A stretch of 24,000 bases of DNA from Cryomorphaceae bacterium (GTDB taxonomy: Bacteria > Bacteroidota > Bacteroidia > Flavobacteriales > ECT2AJA-044). This document shows positions 17,977 through 24,000 of the stretch, piece by piece; positions within the stretch are counted from its first letter, which is position 1, and the number at the start of each line of letters is the position of its first letter. A program made the position numbers and the translations under genes. Location of the stretch: assembly GCA_017798125.1 (NCBI GenBank), contig CP059070.1, positions 2,820,423 to 2,844,422 on the forward strand, in the 5' to 3' direction. The notes under the pieces are model-generated. The model was given only the letters and a program-made list of their open reading frames with translations, ran no database searches and had not been told where the DNA came from.

Positions 17977-19177
17977 ACTACTGGTAGCTGGCCTTTTGGC
18001 TGCTGCTTCCACGACCGCCCAAGATTACATTGAGATCGATGGGTATGTCAAACTATTGGGGACCGCAACGGACTTGAGTCGCGAGATTCCAGAAGTCTTT
18101 ATCAACTTGGGTAATCTCGAGTATACCTACGCCGATTATCAAGTCCACAACCGCTTCAATTTCGAATACCGCAAAGGTGAGCATTGGCGAGCACGAATTG
18201 GCATGAGGAATAGGCTCTTTTGGGGCTATCAGGTAGAGAATCTTCCCCAGTTCCAAAGCTCCATTGAGGCTGATCCAGGGCTGTTGGACATGAGTTTTAT
18301 TTGGTTCGAAACGGACGGTATGTTCTTGCATACGGTCTTTGACCGAGCATACATTGAATACCGCAATCAAGACTGGGAAATTGCGGCCGGTCGTCAACGG
18401 ATCAACTGGGGCCTGAATACCGTTTGGAATCCGAACGACTTATTCAACCAATACAACTACTTTGACTTCGACTACGAAGAACGACCAGGATCCGATGCAG
18501 CCAGGGTGACCCGCTACTTAGGCTATAACTCAAAGCTCGAAGGGGCGGTATCCATAGACAGTGCAAATGAAGTGACTGCCGCTGGACTGCATCAGTTTGG
18601 GTGGGGATCCTATGATGTGCAGGTCATCGGGGGTTGGTTTAAAGATGATATTGCCATTGGTGGTGGTTGGGCAGGAAATCTGCGTAATGCCGGATTCAAA
18701 GGGGAGTTCACCTACTTCCAGGGCGTTCAAGACGACAGTCCAAACGCCTTCTTGGGGAGTTTTACTTTGGACTATGCGTTTGCCAATTCCCTGTATTTGG
18801 CGGCGAGTTATTTATATAATTCAGGCGGAAGCAATGAGTCAAATTTTGCGGATTTCGGTGCCATTGCTGGTCCCGGGCAAGTTTTATCAGCCAAGAACCC
18901 CTTCCCATTCAAGAGCACCGTTTTTATGGCGAGTAGCTACCAAATCACTCCCCTATTTCGAGTGGATGTGAGTCAGATGTTCACGACTAATTTAGATAGC
19001 TACATTCTCATTCCCAGCTTGAGCTACAGCATCACGCAGGACTTGGATGCTTTAATACTGGCACAGGTATTCTTCGGAAATCGATTGTTCCCCCTTCCTC
19101 CTCCCCTCCCGACCGTCGATGAAGGCTGGGGATATGTGAGCGGTTTGGGGTTTGTCCGGCTTAAGTACTCGTTTTAA
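17957..19177 (+). CDS. Putative outer-membrane beta-barrel protein of unknown family
   Basis: The protein is 406 aa. It has a signal peptide MRRLNAKLLVAGLLAAASTTAQ. Alternating hydrophobic/aromatic strand patterns run throughout. The motif AAGRQRINWGLNTVWNPNDLFN is present, and the C-terminus LKYSF is a typical OMP ending. The start overlaps the ATPase gene by 20 nt. Confidence 0.65.
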   Translation: MRRLNAKLLVAGLLAAASTTAQDYIEIDGYVKLLGTATDLSREIPEVFINLGNLEYTYADYQVHNRFNFEYRKGEHWRARIGMRNRLFWGYQVENLPQFQSSIEADPGLLDMSFIWFETDGMFLHTVFDRAYIEYRNQDWEIAAGRQRINWGLNTVWNPNDLFNQYNYFDFDYEERPGSDAARVTRYLGYNSKLEGAVSIDSANEVTAAGLHQFGWGSYDVQVIGGWFKDDIAIGGGWAGNLRNAGFKGEFTYFQGVQDDSPNAFLGSFTLDYAFANSLYLAASYLYNSGGSNESNFADFGAIAGPGQVLSAKNPFPFKSTVFMASSYQITPLFRVDVSQMFTTNLDSYILIPSLSYSITQDLDALILAQVFFGNRLFPLPPPLPTVDEGWGYVSGLGFVRLKYSF

Positions 19178-19538
19178 GCAGCAAGGCAAAGATTCCGACG
19201 CCGACCAGTACGCTGATCACAATATTGGCAATGGCCCATCCGGCATGACCGAGGCGCCAGAGCTCTACGGATTCAAAACTGAAGGTCGAGAAGGTCGAGA
19301 ATCCTCCACAAAACCCAACGAGCAGTGCTGCACGCCACGTTTCGGCACTAAGGGACACTTCCTGGCGCTGAAGCCAGTTGAAGACCAGAGCGAAAACGAC
19401 AATACTCAACATATTCGCTGCAAAGGTACCGACGGGAAAATAGGCCTTCGGAGCCAGAGAAAGCGTCATGCGACCTGTAGCAAATCGAGCCAAGGAACCG
19501 AGTCCTCCTCCAACAAATATGGCTAAATACAACTGCAC
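19161..19538 (-). CDS. crcB: Fluoride ion channel CrcB/Fluc
   Basis: The protein is 125 aa when started at the GTG (complement of 19536-19538), giving (M)QLYLAIFVGGGLGSLARF. The motif GFCGGFSTFSTFSFE and four TM spans are present. The 216-aa track ORF extends upstream across the PAP2 gene in another frame and is not credible. Confidence 0.8.
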   Translation of the reverse strand: MQLYLAIFVGGGLGSLARFATGRMTLSLAPKAYFPVGTFAANMLSIVVFALVFNWLQRQEVSLSAETWRAALLVGFCGGFSTFSTFSFESVELWRLGHAGWAIANIVISVLVGVGIFALLLKTST

Positions 19539-19540
19539 CG

Positions 19541-20116
19541 TTACAGAGATAAGGGGCGAAAGCGGTTTTCCATCCGGCCGTAGGCCGTCCAAACCATCCA
19601 CCCAATTGCTGATCCCAAGATAGCGCCTCCGAGAATGTCGCCCAAATAGTGGACTCCTAGGTAGACGCGGCTGTAGGCGGAAAGCACGCACCACAACCAG
19701 AAGATCCAGGGACTGGCCTTCCAGAATCGACGGAAAAAGTGTCCGAAAAAGAAGGCCAAAGCAAAGGTGTTGGCCGCATGTGAACTGACGAAGCCGAATT
19801 GACCGCCACAACCCTCGGGAACTAAGCGAATGAACTCCATCACCCCTTCTTGGTGGCAGGGTCGGAGTCGTTCAAAGACATTTTTAAATCCGTGGACGCT
19901 GATCCAATCGGCCAATCCAAACGTAATCAAGGTAAAAGCGAGGGTGGCCAATCCCCACCAACGTTCTAGTAGAAAGTAGAGGACAATGACGACGGCGTAC
20001 ATCCAGTACCAACTAGAGGCCTCCGTGATCCAAAGCCAAAATCCATCGGCCCATGGGGCTCCCGCATTATTCAGCCAAATGGTGGCTTTTTGGTCCCATT
20101 CAATAATCGAGACCAT
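19541..20116 (-). CDS. PAP2-family lipid phosphatase (membrane)
   Basis: The protein is 191 aa. It has all three PAP2 motifs: KNVFERLRP (KX6RP), FVSSHAAN (SxH) and [12 protein letters not shown] (SRX5HX3D). The protein is polytopic and hydrophobic. Confidence 0.85.
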   Translation of the reverse strand: MVSIIEWDQKATIWLNNAGAPWADGFWLWITEASSWYWMYAVVIVLYFLLERWWGLATLAFTLITFGLADWISVHGFKNVFERLRPCHQEGVMEFIRLVPEGCGGQFGFVSSHAANTFALAFFFGHFFRRFWKASPWIFWLWCVLSAYSRVYLGVHYLGDILGGAILGSAIGWMVWTAYGRMENRFRPLSL

Positions 20117-21107
20117 CTTGATGGAGTTGTTTCCAGATTAAATCCTTGAGCTGATCCAGCCCTTGCTGGGCCACGGATGATATGAAGAGATGCGGGATTC
20201 CTTCGGGCAAGGTAGCGCGTATCTCCGCCCGGAGCTCATCGTCCAGCATATCGTTTTTCGAAATCGCCAGGATGCGATTCTTGTCCAGTAATTCTGGATT
20301 GTATTTTCTCAACTCCTCCAAAAGAACGGCGTACTCAGCTGCAATGTCATCTGAATCCGCCGGTACCAAAAAGAGCAGGGTCGAGTTTCGCTCAATGTGT
20401 CGCAAGAATCGATGACCAAGTCCCTTTCCTTCGCTCGCCCCTTCAATGATCCCCGGGATATCGGCCATGATAAAGCTCCGATGGTCGCGGTACGATACAA
20501 TACCCAAGTTGGGTACGAGTGTCGTAAACGCATAGTCGGCAATCTTGGGCTTCGCCGCACTAAGTACGGACAGCAAAGTGGACTTGCCTGCATTCGGGAA
20601 TCCCACGAGTCCTACATCGGCCAGTACCTTGAGTTCAAGAATAACCCAAGCTTCTTGACCTTCCTCCCCTGGTTGGGAGAACCTAGGCGTCTGAAAAGTG
20701 GAACTTTTAAAGTGCCAATTTCCGAGTCCGCCGCGTCCGCCTGGAAGCAGAATCACTTCTTCTCCATCATGGGTTACCTCACAAATGACTTCACCTGTAT
20801 CCGGATTTTTGGCGATGACACCCAGAGGTACATCAATAACGCGGTCTTTACCGGCCGCACCTGTTGAGGTGCTCTTTCCTCCAGGCTTACCGTGCTCAGC
20901 TTTGATGTGCTTTCTGTACTTGAGGGGAAGAAGGGTCCAGTGCTGGGCGTTTCCCCTCAGGATGATATGGCCTCCTCGACCACCATCACCCCCGTCAGGT
21001 CCCCCTTTGGAGGTCAGTCGTGTCCGGAGCAAATGGTGCGACCCCGCCCCACCGTTTCCGGAGGCGAAGAAGATCTTGACGTAGTCAACGAAATTAGAAT
21101 CGGCCAT
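20100..21107 (-). CDS. obg: GTPase Obg/CgtA
   Basis: The protein is 335 aa. It has a glycine-rich Obg fold ([23 protein letters not shown]). The G domain motifs GFPNAGKST and DIPG, and the segment FLRHIER, are present. Confidence 0.95.
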   Translation of the reverse strand: MADSNFVDYVKIFFASGNGGAGSHHLLRTRLTSKGGPDGGDGGRGGHIILRGNAQHWTLLPLKYRKHIKAEHGKPGGKSTSTGAAGKDRVIDVPLGVIAKNPDTGEVICEVTHDGEEVILLPGGRGGLGNWHFKSSTFQTPRFSQPGEEGQEAWVILELKVLADVGLVGFPNAGKSTLLSVLSAAKPKIADYAFTTLVPNLGIVSYRDHRSFIMADIPGIIEGASEGKGLGHRFLRHIERNSTLLFLVPADSDDIAAEYAVLLEELRKYNPELLDKNRILAISKNDMLDDELRAEIRATLPEGIPHLFISSVAQQGLDQLKDLIWKQLHQDGLDY

Positions 21108-21109
21108 AC

Positions 21110-21691
21110 TTATGCTTGCGACGCCTGCTCAATCGCAGAAGCCAGGCGTTCGGTGATCTCATCGATGCTTCCGAGCCCGTTCACGTCTTGGAGCTTGTTT
21201 TGCGCTCCGTAATATTCTTTGACTGGCGCCGTATCGCGCTGATAAACGGCGATGCGGTTACCGATGATCTCCTCGTTCTGATCATCCGGGCGACCTGAAG
21301 TCTTACCGCGCTCCAAAAGGCGGTTTTTGAGTTCTTCATCGGGAACTTCCAAAGCCAACATGCCGGTAATCTCCGTTCCTTTCATCTCCAAAAGCACATC
21401 CAGCGCTTTGGCCTGTGCCTGGGTTCGGGGAAAGCCATCGAAAATAAATCCGTTTCCGTGCTTATTCTCTTCAATCTTGTGGCTGATCATTCCAATCACT
21501 ACCTCATCGGGAACGAGTTCGCCCTGATCCATGAGTTTCTTGGCTTCCAAACCCAATTCCGTTCCGGCTTTGATTTCTCCGCGGAGAATATCCCCGGTGC
21601 TGAGGTGCACTAAGCCGTATTTGTCGATCAAGTTTTGCGATTGGGTTCCTTTTCCTGCCCCTGGAGGGCCGAACAGTACAATATTGAGCAT
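21110..21691 (-). CDS. adk: Adenylate kinase (short-lid type)
   Basis: The protein is 193 aa and begins [17 protein letters not shown] (P-loop). The motifs LSTGDILR and [13 protein letters not shown] are present. There is no Cys4 zinc lid. Confidence 0.95.
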   Translation of the reverse strand: MLNIVLFGPPGAGKGTQSQNLIDKYGLVHLSTGDILRGEIKAGTELGLEAKKLMDQGELVPDEVVIGMISHKIEENKHGNGFIFDGFPRTQAQAKALDVLLEMKGTEITGMLALEVPDEELKNRLLERGKTSGRPDDQNEEIIGNRIAVYQRDTAPVKEYYGAQNKLQDVNGLGSIDEITERLASAIEQASQA

Positions 21692-21701
21692 GCTAATAGC
21701 T

Positions 21702-22238
21702 TTATTCCTCGATTACGTAAACGTGGGGCAAGTTACGACCAAGACCGTCGTAATCCAATCCGTAGCCCACAATGAACTCATTTCCAATTTCTTTCCCGAC
21801 AAAGTCAACGGGTAAATCTTGCTTATAAGCCTCTGGCTTGTAAAACAGCGTTGCCAGCTTGAGACTCGCCGGCTCATGCCCTTCAAAAATGTTGTGTAGG
21901 GCCACCATGGTATTCCCCGTATCGACGATGTCTTCAATCAATACTACAGGCCTTCCCTTCACGCGATCACTGAGGCCAATCACCTCCGTCACCTTTCCAG
22001 TGCTCTCCATTCCGCTGTACGATCGAACCTTCACAAAACTCATATCGCACGGCCCTGGATATTGACGCATCAAATCCGCCATGAACATGAAGGCGCCGTT
22101 CAATACTCCAATGAAAAGTGGCTCTTCATCTTTGTACTCCGCATAGAGCTCTTCGGCCACTCTTTTGACCTCCACAGCGATCTCTTCTGCTGTGATATAG
22201 GGACGAAAATGCTTGCCGTGCAGCTCGATGGAATCCAT
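21702..22238 (-). CDS. hpt: Hypoxanthine(-guanine) phosphoribosyltransferase
   Basis: The protein is 178 aa. It has the PRPP-binding motif VVLIEDIVDTGNTM and the C-terminal segment FIVGYGLDYDGLGRNLP. Confidence 0.9.
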   Translation of the reverse strand: MDSIELHGKHFRPYITAEEIAVEVKRVAEELYAEYKDEEPLFIGVLNGAFMFMADLMRQYPGPCDMSFVKVRSYSGMESTGKVTEVIGLSDRVKGRPVVLIEDIVDTGNTMVALHNIFEGHEPASLKLATLFYKPEAYKQDLPVDFVGKEIGNEFIVGYGLDYDGLGRNLPHVYVIEE

Positions 22239-22276
22239 GGTTCAGGGTTTTTGCGAAAATACGAAATGTTTCGGCC

Positions 22277-22294
22277 TATCTTTGCGGCAAATTC
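22277..22294 (+). promoter_or_regulatory. purK promoter: -7 box TAtcTTTG (22277-22284), overlapped by the palindrome TTTGC-G-GCAAA (22281-22291)
   Basis: The -7 box matches TAnnTTTG exactly, 16 nt upstream of ATG 22301. A TTTG at 22250-22253 is a possible -33 element. The 14-nt TTTGCGGCAAATTC is identical to purL upstream 1357-1370. Confidence 0.55.
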
Positions 22295-22300
22295 GATGGT

Positions 22301-23458
22301 ATGAAAGACCTGTTTTCCACACCCTTCACCCTCGGTATTCTCGGGGGCGGACAGCTCGGAAAGATGATGCTGACCGAGACCCGGAAGTACGACTTGCGAA
22401 CCAAAGTGCTGGATCCTTCTCCCGAAGCTCCTTGCCGCATCGGCAGCAATGAATTCGAGGTAGGTGATCTCAAGGATACCGAACGCGTATTGGAGTTTGC
22501 CAAGGACGTGGACGTCCTGACCATTGAAATTGAGCATGTTTCCACCGAAGCCCTGCGCCAAATTAAGGCCTCCGGCATTCCCGTGCACCCCGATCCAGAA
22601 GCCCTGGCCATTATTCAGGACAAGGGTACTCAGAAAGAATTTTACTCCGCCCACAACATTCCCACGGCACCGTTCGAAGTGTTCGCGGATAAAGCGACTA
22701 CGCTTGAGGCATTTAGAGACGGGCGTTGGTCCACTCCTTGCGTGTGGAAGAGCCGAACGGGCGGCTATGATGGTTTTGGGGTTCGGGTCCTACGGACCGA
22801 TGCAGACCTCAACTCCATCGGTGAAGGTCCGGGTTTGTTGGAAAACATGGTTCCCTTTGACCTAGAGCTGGCCGTTGTGGTCGCGCGGAATCCAAGTGGC
22901 GAAGTGAAAAGCTACCCGGTTGTTGAAATGGAATTCCACCCCACAGCCAATCAAGTAGAGTACGTGCTTGCCCCCGCTCGGATTTCCGATGAGATCGCTG
23001 AAAAAGCGCGCGTCTTGGCTGAACGCACGGCGACCGAATTGGGCATTTGCGGACTACTCGCTGTGGAACTATTCTTGACCTCGGAAGGAGAACTCCTCGT
23101 CAATGAGGTGGCTCCACGCCCACACAACAGTGGTCATTGGACCATCGAAGGCGCATATACGTCACAGTTTGAGCAGCACGTGCGCGGGATCCTTGACTTG
23201 CCATTGGGAAGTACGGCCTTGAAGGCCCCTTCCGTCATGGTGAACCTCGTTGGTGCTGAAGGTCATCAAGGGCCGGTTCGCTATGAAGGGATTGCCGATG
23301 TCTTGCGTATGCCTGGAGCCTATCCGCACATCTACGGGAAAAAGGACATGCGCCCCTTCCGAAAAATGGGGCATGTAACGATCGTAGCACCAGACCTGGC
23401 CGAAGCTCGACGGAATGCGAAAACCGTGAAGGGAGCGATTAAGGTGATCAGTCAATAA
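22301..23458 (+). CDS. purK: 5-(carboxyamino)imidazole ribonucleotide synthase (N5-CAIR synthetase)
   Basis: The protein is 385 aa with an ATP-grasp architecture. It has an N-terminal LGILGGGQLGKMM. The segments LVNEVAPRPHNSGHWT and RKMGHVT are typical of PurK. Confidence 0.92.
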   Translation: MKDLFSTPFTLGILGGGQLGKMMLTETRKYDLRTKVLDPSPEAPCRIGSNEFEVGDLKDTERVLEFAKDVDVLTIEIEHVSTEALRQIKASGIPVHPDPEALAIIQDKGTQKEFYSAHNIPTAPFEVFADKATTLEAFRDGRWSTPCVWKSRTGGYDGFGVRVLRTDADLNSIGEGPGLLENMVPFDLELAVVVARNPSGEVKSYPVVEMEFHPTANQVEYVLAPARISDEIAEKARVLAERTATELGICGLLAVELFLTSEGELLVNEVAPRPHNSGHWTIEGAYTSQFEQHVRGILDLPLGSTALKAPSVMVNLVGAEGHQGPVRYEGIADVLRMPGAYPHIYGKKDMRPFRKMGHVTIVAPDLAEARRNAKTVKGAIKVISQ

Positions 23459-23483
23459 CATCGAGCCGTAGGCTCAGAAATCT

Positions 23484-23491
23484 TAACTTTG
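23484..23491 (+). promoter_or_regulatory. Possible internal purE -7 box TAacTTTG
   Basis: This is an exact TAnnTTTG match in the 47-nt purK-purE spacer, 14 nt upstream of ATG 23506. Confidence 0.35.
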
Positions 23492-23505
23492 AAAAAAGCC
23501 GAGCA

Positions 23506-24000
23506 ATGAAAGTAGCCATCATCATGGGATCCCAAAGCGACCTGCCCGTCATGCAAGACGCCGCAGACGTGCTCAAGGAATTGGGAGTCGAATTCGAAAT
23601 CAGCATCGTGAGCGCTCACCGCACACCGGAGCGCATGTATGATTTCGCGAAATCCGCCCATGAACGCGGTATCGTTGCCATCATTGCCGGAGCAGGAGGA
23701 GCCGCCCATCTACCTGGAATGGTCGCCAGCCTAAGTCCTCTGCCCGTGATTGGGGTACCGGTAAAATCCCGGAACAGTATTGACGGTTGGGATAGCGTTT
23801 TGAGCATCCTACAAATGCCCGGAGGGGTGCCCGTTGCAACTGTTGCTTTGGACGGCGCCAAGAACGCCGGAATTCTAGCGGCGCAGATCGTCGGAACCCA
23901 GGATGAGAAAGTTTTCAACAATCTGGTAGCCTACAAGGAAAAGCTGAAAGAAAAGGTATTGCTGTCCGCTGAGGAATTGGAAGCGAAGCATCGCGGGTAA
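23506..24000 (+). CDS. purE: N5-carboxyaminoimidazole ribonucleotide mutase (class I PurE)
   Basis: The protein is 164 aa. It has the motifs MKVAIIMGSQSDLPVM, VSAHRTP and AGAGGAAHLPGMVAS. The stop TAA falls on the last three bases of the window. Confidence 0.95.
   Translation: MKVAIIMGSQSDLPVMQDAADVLKELGVEFEISIVSAHRTPERMYDFAKSAHERGIVAIIAGAGGAAHLPGMVASLSPLPVIGVPVKSRNSIDGWDSVLSILQMPGGVPVATVALDGAKNAGILAAQIVGTQDEKVFNNLVAYKEKLKEKVLLSAEELEAKHRG

Noticed and set aside
13445-19177. The TetR-ABC-barrel block as a horizontally acquired island
   Set aside because: There is no integrase, transposase, flanking tRNA or direct repeats. The promoter style (TAnnTTTG) matches the rest of the window. Composition looked slightly more AT-rich by eye, but I cannot quantify this. 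It would need a GC/k-mer skew calculation.
19281-19298. A perfect tandem 9-nt duplication GAAGGTCGA x2 inside crcB
   Set aside because: It encodes the STFSTF part of the conserved CrcB GGxxTFSTF motif on the minus strand. The repeat therefore reflects protein conservation, not replication slippage or a regulatory repeat.
19161-19811. The 216-aa track ORF that extends crcB upstream
   Set aside because: The upstream 91 codons overlap the PAP2 gene (19541-20116) in another frame, and the PAP2 gene carries all three phosphatase motifs. CrcB proteins are about 120-130 aa. A GTG at 19538 gives the canonical N-terminus QLYLAIFVGGGLGS.
22100-22654. A 184-aa ORF on the - strand spanning the hpt 5' end, the intergenic region and the purK 5' region
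   Set aside because: It crosses two well-supported genes and their promoters. It is out of frame with hpt and has no recognisable domain.
1-24000. CRISPR arrays, rRNA/tRNA genes, IS elements, and phage or defence-system genes
   Set aside because: I scanned both strands and all intergenic gaps. Only one gap exceeds 110 nt. No spaced direct repeats, no structural RNA signatures and no mobile-element or defence-type proteins are present.

Overview
This window looks like a core-genome segment of a Bacteroidota (Flavobacteriia/Cytophagia-like) chromosome. The taxonomic guess is inference. It rests on TAnnTTTG -7 promoter boxes 4-25 nt upstream of most start codons, almost no Shine-Dalgarno sequences, lipoprotein and signal-peptide styles, and gene content. 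I support 20 protein-coding genes. In order they are: a partial acyl-CoA synthetase (-), purL (+), an M1 aminopeptidase (-), recG (+), a DedA/VTT-like membrane protein (+), pheT (+), a GH13 lipoprotein amylase (-), a six-gene operon (+), the operon hpt-adk-obg-PAP2 phosphatase-crcB (-), and purK-purE (+). The six-gene operon encodes TetR, a LolA-like protein, two FtsX/MacB-type permeases, an ABC ATPase and an outer-membrane beta-barrel. I see no rRNA, tRNA, CRISPR array, integrase or transposase. Only one convincing intrinsic terminator is present (11383-11414). The only accessory-looking block is the TetR-led Lol-like ABC/beta-barrel operon (13520-19177), and it is my best candidate for an uncharacterised envelope system. 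Secondary observations: (1) an 18-nt promoter-overlapping element with an 11-nt palindrome is shared by the purL and purK/hpt control regions; (2) a palindromic operator candidate sits on the TetR promoter; (3) an orphan promoter-like/small-ORF/hairpin/terminator unit follows pheT; (4) recG and the DedA-like gene have apparently leaderless geometry; (5) two convergent gene pairs have overlapping stop codons; (6) crcB has no room for a fluoride riboswitch. Most of the window is ordinary housekeeping DNA. All functional calls come from reading motifs by eye, and no database search was run.
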